The notes under the pieces were generated by a model. That model worked only from the letters and a program-made list of their open reading frames with translations, made no database searches and was not told the DNA's origin. Of a DNA stretch of 64,000 nucleotides, positions 25,201 to 37,600 are shown piece after piece. The first letter of the stretch is position 1. Each line of letters starts with the position of its first letter. The translations under genes were made by a program, and so were the position numbers. Source of the stretch: Callorhinchus milii (lineage: Eukaryota); contig NW_024704743.1 in NCBI RefSeq assembly GCF_018977255.1, forward strand, positions 62,002,001-62,066,000. Reading direction: 5' to 3'.

Positions 25201-27178
25201 CCAGCTCTGGTGCCAGGACTGTTAAGTGCCTCAGAATGTCCTCCTGATTTGAAAGGCACTGTATATAAATGAAAATTTGTTGTTGTTGTAGTTGTAAAGA
25301 CAGATGGGTAGTCTGATATTTTGTTTGATTTTCCCTTTTGTGGTGAGGGAGAAACATTGCAGAATTGTTCCTCTTAAGATGAAATGGTTTTGATATTGTC
25401 TTGCCCATTGCCTTGCCAAAGAGAAGGCTTATTGGCCAAATAATAACAATAATAATTTGATATAGTGCCTTATCACATCATTGAGATGTCTCAAGGCGCT
25501 TCTCAGAATATACTGAAAAGTGAATTCACTGTATATTTTGTGGGCAAAACGCAGCAGCCAATGTTTATCCCACAAACAGTCATGGATTGAGTGACCAAAT
25601 TATTATTATTTTTTTTTGGCTTATATATTTTGGCTTATACATTTGGCTTCACCTCTTACCCACTTCACCTCTCTCAAGTGGCCTTTTCTTCCTTTTTTTT
25701 CTTTTCCTTCCTACATAGGCACTATGCAAATGTATGGATTATTATTGTTCGATTCTTTAAGATCTTACAATAAATATGGGAACTTTAAGTAGAGACGTTT
25801 TTATCCTCTGATCCAATGATTTTATTCTGTTCACTCAGGGCTTTCTTGCCAAGGATCTACAGTCTGCTGCATTGAACAAACTAGAGAAAAAGGTGAAGAG
25901 CACAGCTGAACAGTGTATGAAGTTCCTCGAACAAATTGATGCAATGGTGGGTAAGAGTTACTTTGACTTCTGATTCAGCTGGCATTGAATGTAAACCTGA
26001 TTTTCAAAATGGATAAAATGTCCTGGAAAGAATGCAAGTTTTTTTTTAAGAAAGCCTAATATTATATCAAAGCCTCAGTACGAGTCGCACAATTGCAAAA
26101 CTGTTTGACCCTCAGCCCAGCTGCTGATAATAATAATAATCCTTACATTTGATACAGCGCCTTATCACGTCTTCGAGACGTCTCAAAAGCACTTCACAGA
26201 ATATACTGTAAAATTAATTGACTGTATATTTTTGAGGGCGAAAATAATCTCTGCCAGAATCCCTCTGCCTCAATCCATGCCCCCACCTCCTCCCCGACGT
26301 CCAACCCTGTCATTATACAGCTCTCCAAGACTTTGCCATACATGAAGGAGCTACATGAATGCAAGCTGTTGTGTATGTGTGAATTGCGGTTAATTTGTGT
26401 CCGTTTCGCTCCTGTTTAAATTCTAAAATGTAACCCATTGCTTTTCAGAGTTTGCCTGAGGATTTCAGTGACTGCAGATATAGGAGGAAAGGTTTAGTAA
26501 AGAATGTACAGGTGAGTTTTTTTTGCCTGCTGGAGATTTAAAACCAGATTAAGGATATGATTACTTTTGCTCATCAATAAATAAAAGCGTTCACCAAACT
26601 GCTGTACCACTGCTTTGCTCAGTTTATACTGATGTGCTATGCTAAACTGAGTTTATACAAGTCAAATTGTCTGCTCATTTCATTTAAAAAGTTGCCTAGT
26701 AATGTTAGGAACTTTAACCCATGTTTTGTATTAAGTGAGACACCAGGGTATCCTTTATATTTGAGGGCGAAATTAATATTTTGATTCTGACTTTCGCTGT
26801 TGGACATTTATGTACAATCTGATATCTTGTGAAAACCTGCTTGTATAGTGCAAGTGGACAATGAACCACTGGTTTACCGGAAGTGCAGGATTCTTTAGGC
26901 ACGAGTGGCTGGTTTGCTGTGCGTTATATGTAGACAGCCTCATAGTGTCCAACAGTGTCACAGAAAATGCTGGAAACTTAGGAGAGTGGTTGGCAGCTTC
27001 TTGCACAGGAGGTGACATTATCAAAAGTATGTTTATGAAGACTTTGCCCTTGCTTAATATGAGAATGTTCATTTTATTTCTGTTGCAGACTTACTTGGCT
27101 CAGTGTGATGTTATCGAATCAAATATCTTACAAGAACTAGAAAAACTTCAGTCAAACAACCTGGCTCTTGCTGACTAA
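19243..27178 (+). CDS. BAG1: BAG family molecular chaperone regulator 1 (UBL + BAG domains), 7 exons, 207 aa
   Basis: join(19243-19279,21805-21933,23655-23737,24393-24506,25839-25946,26449-26511,27089-27178) = 624 nt. [21 protein letters not shown]...[24 protein letters not shown]...GFLAKDLQ...[17 protein letters not shown]...[10 protein letters not shown]. All introns GT-AG. Confidence 0.96.
19640..21531. repeat. C/A-rich low-complexity array (CCCCA/CACCA-type) in BAG1 intron 1
   Basis: About 1.9 kb almost without G on the + strand. Source of the Pro/Thr/His and Gly/Trp/Val pseudo-ORFs. Confidence 0.95.
22408..22596. mobile_element. MITE-like imperfect palindrome
   Basis: 35-bp arms 22408-22442 and 22562-22596 match 29/35 as inverted repeats. 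Confidence 0.45.
24608..24925 (+). mobile_element. Old Deu-domain SINE
   Basis: tgacact..tgcagtgctgaggg...tgtcggaggtgccatccttcggttgagacgttaaatcaaggtcccatctgcctgttcagg..., then the family tail. Confidence 0.65.
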
Positions 27179-27465
27179 GGAATTCACACAGTAACTGAGA
27201 ATTTTAATAGTAGGAAACTATTCTTTTCAGTTTTTACTATTTAATGTGTAAAATCTATTAAATTATTTACAAAACGGCATAAATGTTATGGAAACCAGGG
27301 AATCTTTTAATAAGTGGTACTGAGTACTGTAGAATAGTAATATTGGTCAATATTTTCCTTTTCTATTCAGTCACACGTAAGGTGATTTGCACGTCATCGG
27401 CTGCTGAAATTTTGAGTTATTAGCTGGGCCAATAGAAACAACTTCTTCCATGGAATCTGCTAAAC

Positions 27466-28609
27466 GGCCCCCCACTACACACCTGTACAGTGTGCTAGGC
27501 CCCACTACACACCTGTACAGTGTGCTAGCCCCACTACACACCTGTACAGTGTGCTAGGCCCCACTACACATCTGTACAGTGTGCTAGGCCCCACTACACA
27601 CCTGTACAGTGTGCTAGGCCCCACTACACACCTGTACAGTGTGCTAGGCCCCACTACACACCTGTACACAGTGTGCTCTGCCCCACTACACACCTGTACA
27701 GTGTGCTAGGCCCCACTACACACCTGTACAGTGTGCTAGGCCCCACTACACACCTGTACAGTGTGCTAGGCCCCACTACACACCTGTACAGTGTGCTAGG
27801 CCCCGCTACACACCTGTACAGTGTGCTCGGCCCCGCTACACACCTGTACACAGTGTGCTAGGCCCCACTACACATCTGTACAGTGTGTTAGGCCCCGCTA
27901 CACACCTGTACAGTGTGCTAGCCCCACTACACATCTGTACAGTGTACTAGCCCCGCTACACACCTGTACAGTGTGCTAGGCCCCACTACACACCTGTACA
28001 CAGTGTGCTCTGCCCCGCTACACATCTGTACAGTGTGCTAGCCCCGCTACACACCTGTACAGTGTGCTCGGCCCCGCTACACACCTGTACACAGTGTGCT
28101 AGGCCCCGCTACACACCTGTACAGTGTGCTAGGCCCCGCTACACACCTGTACACAGTGTGCTCGGCCCCGCTACACATCTGTACAGTGTGCTAGGCCCTG
28201 CTACACACCTGTACACAGTGTGCTAGGCCCTGCTACACACCTGTACACAGTGTGCTCGGCCCCGCTACACACCTGTACACAGTGTGCTCGGCCCCGCTAC
28301 ACACCTGTACACAGTGTGCTCGGCCCCGCTACACACCTGTACACAGTGTGCTCGGCCCCGCTACACACCTGTACAGTGTGCTAGCCCTGCTACACACCTG
28401 TACACAATGTGCTCGGCCCCGCTACACACCTGTACACAGTGTGCTCGGCCCCGCTACACACCTGTACACAGTGTGCTCGGCCCCGCTACACACCTGTACA
28501 CAGTGTGCTCGGCCCCGCTACACACCTGTACACAGTGTGCTCGGCCCCGCTACACACCTGTACACAGTGTGCTCGGCCCCGCTAAACACCTGTACACAGT
28601 GTGCTAGGC
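27466..28609. repeat. 30-32-bp minisatellite (GGCCCC(A/G)CTACACACCTGTAC(AC)AGTGTGCT(A/C))n
   Basis: Tandem units directly visible about 290 bp downstream of the BAG1 stop. Confidence 0.97.
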
Positions 28610-29417
28610 TCCGTTCCTCTCGCACTGTTTGCTCGACATTGCTACCGTGGGAAGTGTTGGGATCGCAGAGGCAGTGCGGGCGGGAAATCGGCTTCACGCG
28701 GCCTCGCAGCCTAAAGTGAGCTCTTGTGACAAATTCTTAGCAAGGTCTGCACTATTCAGTTTAATATTTTGAGTATTTTAAACACAATAATAATCCTTGC
28801 ATTTGATATAGCGCCTTATCACATCTTCGAGACATCTCAAAGCGCTTCACAGAATATACTGTAAAGTGGAGTGACTATATTTTGTGGGTGAAACGCGACA
28901 GCCAATTCCACACAGCAGTGTCCCACAAACACTCGTGGATTAAGTGACCAATTTAGTATTTTTCTATTGAAGGAATTATTTCTCCCAGAAAAGCGATCAG
29001 CCAATCGATTAACGACCACAACTGCATGTTCAGGAAATACATGCCTGTAGTTTTAATCCAAGTTGTTTCACAAAATGCATCTCAATAGCACCGATCATCC
29101 CTCGCAATTTTCTGCAAAATTTGTCAAATGCCCCACAATTTTTGGCAAATATTTCTGCACTTTTCTATTGGCCCAGGTTATCAGGCATTTTAAAGTTGAC
29201 TTATTATTGGTGACATCTAGCATTCTTTCATAACCCAAATGTACACAATGTGTTTTTGTATTCTGTCAATATTTATGTTGTATTGCTCCAATGAAATTTT
29301 TTTTCACAATGCAGTCTGTTTCTTTAATAAATTACCTCCCATTAGTTAATTGAAATAGCAATTTTATTTAATAGTGATTTCACAATTTTATGAATAAATT
29401 CAGTTTTTCTACATAAT

Positions 29418-29716
29418 AATAATCCTTGCATTTGATATAGCGTTTTTCATGTCTTCTAGACGTCTCAAAACACTTTACAGAATATACTGTAAAGTGAATT
29501 GACTATATTTGTGGGCGAAATACGGCAACCAATTGCACACAGCAATGTCCCACAAACAGTTGTGGATTGAAGTGACCAACTTATTATTTTTTTCTTGAGG
29601 GCTTATTATCAGGTGTGTGGAGTAAGGAGACTTGCCCAAGGTTTCGCCCTGCCGGGAATCGAACCCAGGTCTCTCGCTTGTGAGGCGAGTGCTCTAACCA
29701 CTGAGCTACAGGACTG
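29418..29716 (-). mobile_element. tRNA-derived SINE with 17-bp target-site duplication
   Basis: Head agtcctgtagctcagtggttagagcactcgcc...ggttcgattccc on the minus strand. CAGTTTTTCTACATAAT at 29401-29417 and 29717-29733. Confidence 0.9.
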
Positions 29717-30455
29717 CAGTTTTTCTACATAATTAACTGTACAAATATAATACAGCAGGCACAGGAGAGTGAGTGGAGTGGTTAATCCTTCATTCCTTTC
29801 CTCCTCCTCTGTCCAAATCTGAGCTACTCCGCTTCAAGTATTGTTTCCAGTGCTGGAGTGTGGGGGGAGCGGGGTTAATAAAGGGAGTCGACAACAATTT
29901 ATCCGGGGGCAGCTGAAGAGCACATGTGGGAGAATCTGAGGAGTAAGTTACCTCACTGGTGGCTTACTGGGGGAAAGATGCAAATTTGATTCAGCAGCTT
30001 TTTGATAAAAATGATTTTTTCCAATTATTTATCTTGGATTGGCAGCGATAGGTTCTGTACTTTACTACATTATTGATAATTGAAAACGTAGCGGTTTTTA
30101 GCAAGTACATGGTGTAAGTTCCACTCAATGTACAAAAGTAGAAGGGTAAAGTATCTACACTCACTAATTGTTTCAGAGAACATACTTACTGTGACCTCTA
30201 TAAAGTGCTGAATTCTGGACAGTTTAAGAGCCAACTCTTAAATCACTTAAATAAAGCCAAGTCTTTCATCACAGTATAGCTCGTCCCAAATGTGAAAGGG
30301 AAGCGCATTCGTCCAACCTCCTCAGTTTCCATTATTTTTACTAGCAATCTATTAGACACCATATTGCTATAGTATTAAATAAATGTTAATGTTCTCTGCA
30401 AATAATTATCTGCATATAATTCCCAATATTAGAGATTCTGACTTTTTTTGTTGCT

Positions 30456-30919
30456 TCACCAAGTGAGTCTGTAACTGTGTGGAAAGATCTTCCTGTGGAG
30501 ATACTGCACCATCTCCTCACGGTTCTGCAGCTTGTCAAACTCGTGGAATGGAATCTGGAAAAAGCAAACGGGTTTTGATGTTAAAGTGAAATCTCCGGAA
30601 CCCCAAGTGGAAAATGTAATTGCCAGTATAGCCACCATTCTTTCAGTGTTTAGATATTTTGAATGACTGTATTTAACTTTATGCAGTACCTTCAAAGAAC
30701 CCGCAGTTAAAGGCTGGATTTTGTTAACTAAACATTTTTCAGCTGTATTGGACAATTTTTTTGTACAGCTCTCTCCCAAACAATGGTATCACTGGATTGT
30801 GTACCTGCACAACATCATAGCCCAGTAGCTGCAGTTGTCTTTGTTTGATGGCCTCCTTTCCAATCAGATGGCAACTATTTACACAGAATCTTCTTTGATC
30901 ATCAATACACAATGCTATC
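30456..30919 (-). other. FASTKD3: Second copy of the last two FASTKD3 coding exons (30919-30805, 30554-30456); probable haplotypic assembly duplication
   Basis: 29868-30939 is near-identical to 31041-32135, with an N gap between the copies. Confidence 0.8.
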
Positions 30920-30939
30920 CTGAAACAGAAAAATAACAC

Positions 30940-30969
30940 NNNNNNNNNNNNNNNNNNNNNNNNNNNNNN
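30940..30969. other. Assembly gap (30 N)
   Basis: Run of N. Confidence 1.
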
Positions 30970-31649
30970 GCGGGGTAGCTTGACTTCTGGGTGAGCCATG
31001 TAATGCGCCTAATGCCCTACGGGTCAAGTACATCATAGATAGCGGGGTTAATAAAGGGAGTCGACAACAATTTATCCGGGGGCAGCTGAAGAGCACATGT
31101 GGGAGAATCTGAGGAGTAAGTTACCTCACTGGTGGCTTACTGGGGGAAAGATGCAAATTTGATTCAGCAGCTTTTTGATAAAAATGATTTTTTCCAATTA
31201 TTTATCTTGGATTGGCAGCGATAGGTTCTGTACTTTACTACATTATTGATAATTGAAAACGTAGCGGTTTTTAACAAGTACATGGTGTAAGTTCCACTCA
31301 ATGTACAAAAGTAGAAGGGTAAAGTATCTACACTCACTAATTGTTTCAGAGAACATACTTACTGTGACCTCTATAAAGTGCTGAATTCTGGACAGTTTAA
31401 GAGCCAACTCTTAAATCACTTAAATAAAGCCAAGTCTTTCATCACAGTATAGCTCGTCCCAAATGTGAAAGGGAAGCGCATTCGTCCAACCTCCTCAGTT
31501 TCCATTATTTTTACTAGCAATCTATTAGACACCATATTGCTATAGTATTAAATAAATGGTTTACAGGACATTAAGTCAGTGAATGTTCTCTGCAAATAAT
31601 TATCTGCATATAATTCCCAATATTAGAGATTCTGACTTTTTTTGTTGCT

Positions 31650-34600
31650 TCACCAAGTAAGTCTGTAACTGTGTGGAAAGATCTTCCTGTGGAGATACTG
31701 CACCATCTCCTCACGGTTCTGCAGCTTGTCAAACTCGTGGAATGGAATCTGGAAAAAGCAAACGGGTTTTGATGTTAAAGTGAAATCTCCGGAACCCCAA
31801 GTGGAAAATGTAATTGCCAGTATAGCCACCATTCTTTCAGTGTTTAGATATTTTGAATGACTGTGTATTTAACTTTATGCAGTACCTTCAAAGAACCCGC
31901 AGTTAAAGGCTGGATTTTGTTAACTAAACATTTTTCAGCTGTATTGGACAATTTTTTTGTACAGCTCTCTCCCAAACAATGGTATTACTGGATTGTGTAC
32001 CTGCACAACATCATAGCCCAGTAGCTGCAGTTGTCTTTGTTTGATGGCCTCCTTTCCAATCAGATGGCAACTATTTACACAGAATCTTCTTTGATCATCA
32101 ATACACAATGCTATCCTGAAACAGAAAAATAACACATCGTCTCCAACCGAAATAATATTCACTTCACATTTATTCTCAGTAATATTGCAATAGCAATTAC
32201 ATGTCCCATTTTTAAATAAAATTATTGTAAACAATGGCCGAGTAATGAAAGTTTAAGGTTTCATCTCACACTTTTAAAGATAGTTTTGTTCACTAACTTG
32301 ATGGCTGTTTGTGGGACGTTGCTGTTGTGTTTACCAAGAAAATAAATAGTTACTACAATTCCGGGACGTTTCACCAATGTGATATGTCAAAGACAGGATT
32401 TTTAAATATCTAAAGTTCTCACCTTCGGTACACATTGTCACGGCTGGCAGCAGGAAGCACATATCCTTCTTCATCTAGTTTGATCTCAACATCTGACAAA
32501 TGGAATAATTTGCTGTTATGTTAAAATGCACATTTTAAATCAAGCTCCAAGCATGTTCAACCAAGTGTTCTACAGAGTTCGTCAATTAGCACACAACTCG
32601 AGGGTGCATGTTTAAAATTAACAAGCCTCAAGCACACAAGACCACAGTGTCGAAGAAACTTCAACCCTCTCTTGCCCAGAGGGAAACTTGTCAAACAAGC
32701 TCCTCTGTAAAAATAGTTGATGCTCAATTAATTTAGTCTTTAAGCACTGAATATTTGATCACATGTGGGATTCAAGACTTTCATGATATCCATAAACTGA
32801 ACTAATTAAATACTCCACAGGCCAAAATGGAAACAGGGATAACAACAACAACTTATATTTACATAGCACACCTCACACACAGTAGAAACCCAGAGCGCTT
32901 CATGAATGTCTTTGAGTTTTGCTTTTGCATACCTTTTTGGATTGGGGATTTACGCAAACCCTTTCCTCTGCCAGCAGTGTGATGCTACAGAGTAGTGCAC
33001 TTCAAATTATCCAGTACAGTAATTCCCCACAATACAATTTATATTTTCATAGCACCTTTGATGTCAGGAGCATGTCTCATAGTGCTTCACACTGCTGGCT
33101 GGGCATCCAAACTGAGGGATGGGAACTGAAAAGAGCGTGGAGGGGAAAGATGACTGAAAGTGCGGTCAAAGATGGCAGATTTTGAACATGAGGATGAAGA
33201 GGGTGAGTTGGAGAAACTGGATGGATATCAGAAAGAGGCAGCAGACTGTCTAAAAGCTGGTGGGGCAGATAAGATGGGGAACATGAAACAGACCAGTGTT
33301 TGCTGAGTCTGCAAACTCAGAAGGGTTGTAGGAGGTTTCAGAGGGATGGTGGGGTGAGGCAGCAGTGGGATTTAAAGGTGAATGAGGATATGAATGAGAT
33401 ATGCTGGAGGATGAAAGAGTGAGCTGGGAAGCAATGATTTGTTCCAGCAACTTGGAGAAAAGAGGGAATAAAACATAAGGGAATTTCTCAAATCATTCAA
33501 AAACCTCCTGCTGACTTCATCAGCTGAGAAATGTTATTTTATTTGAAACACAAAAAAGAATGAACCTTACGCAAACATACTGAAAAGAAATCTGGTTGTG
33601 TACCACGTGTCTGTCTTACACCAGCATTGTAACATAAGAATTGCTAGATGAAAGGAGACCAAGGACCATCCAGTTCACCTTCCACCATCCTGGCAGTCAC
33701 ATGAAAACCATCCTAGGAATCAGATATATTGTATCCCAAGATATTATTTCCCAAAATAAATCTATCTCATTTGCTTTTGAAAGAAACAAAATGCATACAG
33801 TACCGAGTGTGTAGCAGTATGGTGTCAGGACGCGGGAAGCAAAATAATTCCTTGCTCCGAGAAGATCAATTAAGGCATTTTTAACATTGTTGTAGAGATG
33901 CTCATCAACTAAAGTTTCCAGTGAGCGTCCTGGTTTGAGAAAGGTTTTCACACGGTACTTTTGAGGAAGACTGGGACCCTGGTAGTCAAACAGAGAAGGC
34001 AGTAGTTTCCATTACAAGAGAATAAAAGTAAAAATCTGTTCTTAAGTCGGTCAACTGGTAAAAATACTCAAAATCACTGTAATATACTAAAAAAAAGTGC
34101 TACATCAATCCGTATCTTAAAGAGAAAGATAGATCAGGTCAGGTGTAACCCTCATTGAATTGTGATGAAGGATCACATCTGAAGTGTAACACCTTTTTCT
34201 TTCAGGTATTGCTGTATAAATGCAATGCTGTGTTTACCTATAAAGGAAGCGGTTATTGCACTTCACAATAAATCCTGTGAAGTGCTTTGAGAAATCCTCT
34301 TGATAGAAAAGGCACTCGATCAAATGCAAGGATTACCAACCAACATTTGTGTTTTTTAACCTAGCTTCTCTTTTCCTTTAGGTCAACCACAAGGTGGCAC
34401 ACCACACCCTTGGTAGTGGCCCCCAAAACATTTAAAAAATAGCAATTACTGGAACCTGCGCTGAAGTTACATCATTGCCGCACCCCCTGACCTGCCGGCC
34501 ACACGGCGAGCGTCCTAGAGCTGGGAGCTCCGTTCATCACACCCAGAGCAGCAGCGACGTGGAACCCAGCACAGAGTGTGTGTGTGTGTGAGAAAGACTG

Positions 34601-37600
34601 TGTGAAAGAGAGTGAGTGTGAGAGAAAGAGAGACAGAGAGAGTGAATGAGAGAGTTAGAATGTTTGCACGTGAGAGTGAAAGAGAGACTGCGAAAGCGAG
34701 AAATAAAGTGTGTGTATGAAAGAGAAATGTGGGTGAGAGAGAGTGAGTGAGAGTGAGAGAGACCTCACACTGCAGGGGTTTACCCCAAATCCCCTTCACC
34801 TCGAATGCCGACAATGTCAATGCAGATTCGGATCAATCTACACCTGTGAGCAGTCCTTTTTCACAATGAACTTCATAAAAAATACAATACTGTTCCAAAT
34901 TAACAGATGATCATATTAATAATCTTCCACTGGAGTGCTCAACAACAACAACAACTTGGATTTATATAGCGCCCTCCACACCGGACGGCGTCTCAGAGCG
35001 CTTTACAGTAACGGATCCCAGGGCCGAGCCGGGGGGAGGGTGGGGGGGGGAGAAGGTGACCAAAGGCGCGGTCGAAAAGAAAGGTCTTCAGCAGAAACCT
35101 GAAAATGGAAAGGGAGGGAGCGAGAAGAAGGGAGTGAGGAAGGGAGTTCCAGAGCCTCGGGGCATAGTGGCTGAAGGCACGGCCGCCGAGGGTGGAGTGG
35201 AGGACTCGGGAGACGAGGAGGAGGCCAGACCCGGAGGAACGAAGGCAACGGGTGCTGGTTTGAGGAGAGAGGTCAGAGAAGTAGGGGGATGCAGAGGAGT
35301 GGAGGGACTTGAATACGAGGGTGAGGATCTTGAAGTCGAGTGCTCAAAACTGAATCCAAATTCAGAAGCCTCATTAACTAACTTATTCGATATTTTATTG
35401 TGAACTTCTTAATAAATGCATCTTTCTTTTCCAGTCATATTTTTCTTTTCCTTTTAATGTTGTTATGTTTTTTTTTAGTGGCACGGCAATATGTCTTGGG
35501 CTCACATCTTAGCAAAAGGTTGGCCACCACTGGACCGGACAAACTCCAGTACAGGGCTGGGGAATACTACATTATCAGAGGTGACATTCTTTGGATGAGA
35601 TGTTAAATCAAAGTCCCGTTTGCCTGTTGTTTTCTACATTTGTTTGTGGGCTCTGGCTTTACGCAAAATGGCAACAGTGTTTCTGTATTAAAAAAGTCAC
35701 TATACCTGACAGTAATTAACAACGACAACTTGCAGTTATATAATAATAATAATAATCCTTGCATTTGATATAGCGCTTTTCACGTCGGGAGGACGTCCCA
35801 AAGCGCTTCACAGAATATACTGTAAAGTGAATTGACTGTATATTTGTGGGCGAACGCGGCAGCCAATTGCGCACAGCAATGTCCCACAAACAGTCGTAGA
35901 TTGAAAATGACCAATTTATTATTGTTTTGTTTTGGAGGGATTATTATTAGGCTCTGTGTGGAGTAAGGAAACTTGCCCAAGGTATCGCCCTCTGCCTGGA
36001 ATTGAACTCAGGTCTCTCACTTGCAAAGCGAGTGCTCTAACCACTGAGCTACAGGACTCCATATAGCGCCCTTCACGCAGAGTAGCATCTTGGAATGCTT
36101 CTAATTTTAATTTACGTTGGTTATTTGATTCATTCAGAACAACGTGAATGCAGCACTATAACTTTCAGAACTCCAGAAAAATGAATGGGTAAGTAACTGT
36201 TTGACACAAGTTTTGCCCATGTCAGGTTTATGATCTTTCGAATTCAATTAGGATTTACAAGCAACACAATAATTTGTACACTTCTACTTTTCAACCAAAC
36301 TCAAATCTCAACATAAAAGCTTATTTATCAGTCAACTGAGATGAATACAGAAGTTAATATTCTTCTTACCTCATAAAAGGGGCACTCCAGTTTCACAGTC
36401 ATGAACAGCTGGGTCAGCTGGGCACGAACAAATTGATCTAAACCAGTTCCTTGTGCTGTTACAACAAAACAGTCACTATGATTAAAATAGCACCACATCA
36501 ATGCAAAATAAAACAATAATAATAATCCTTGCATTTGATATAGCGCCTTATCACATCTTTGAGATGTCTCAAAGCACTTCACAGAATATACTGTAAAGTG
36601 AATTGACTATATTTTGTGGGCGAAAATAGAATTTTAAAATAATTTAATTTAGTTTTAATTCAGTTTGCTGCCCTGAAACCCCATGACTCACTTTTGAGAG
36701 TGAAGTAAGAAAGAAAACCAGCACATCTCACTTTTAGATTTGGAGTGGCGAGGGAATGAGATAAACTTTGAGGCAACCTTCCCTCAATCTCAATTTTCCC
36801 TTGTTGCTGAAAGTTGCTAATAGAGTAGCAGCATCCGATGGTGTGGAAGCAAGTTGCCAAGTGGTGCAGGAAGACCAGGATGAAAAGCAGCAATTTAATG
36901 CAAAATTCCAGACGAGATTCAATCCCTGTTCCCAGGAATGAAAGGACCATCTGATCATTTACAGTGCAATCCAATTCCCACAAGAAACACATCTACTAAT
37001 GCCATATCTGGCATTCCTAAAGGCCAAATCCTTGAACTTACCTGTAGGGTTTATTTTGTCTTCCTACATTGTGTCATGTACCCTTCACAGGAGATTCTTG
37101 CGATCATCTTGAAATTGCAATGATGTGTGTGTGTGTATGTGTATCTCAGAGAGGGGGCTGCACACCAAGTTCAATATTCCCACAATTTCTCCAGAGCTTA
37201 GCACTGACTGATATTTTCCAACTTGGTAGGAGGAAGCAATTGTGTGAAAAATGAGGTAGGAAAATGAACAAGAGTGTGAAGCGCTGGTATTCAATGGGAC
37301 TGAAGGCGATCACTTCAATTACATACAGATATAGAATTCTACACTTGCATTACCCAATATTGTATAAAACTGAAAACTGTCAATCACCTAAAACAAGAAA
37401 AAATTACTGTCTGTGTTAATTTTTGTATTCAGAACATCGGACAGCTAATATCCCAAAACACCAGGATATTATAGATTTTAAAACCACAAATCACATTAAT
37501 GTTATGTAGTGTAAATGCCACTCCCTGCTCTATCCAATTAGAGCTTTGTACATGATATAGAGATACATCAATTAAATAGGAAAGCTCAATCAATAATAAT

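Noticed and set aside
27466..28609. CRISPR-like array
   Set aside because: Head-to-tail units with no unique spacers, no cas genes, eukaryotic context. The same applies to 39752-42951.
30456..30919. A FASTKD3 paralogue or pseudogene
   Set aside because: Near-identity including introns and adjacency to an N gap favour an allelic assembly artefact.
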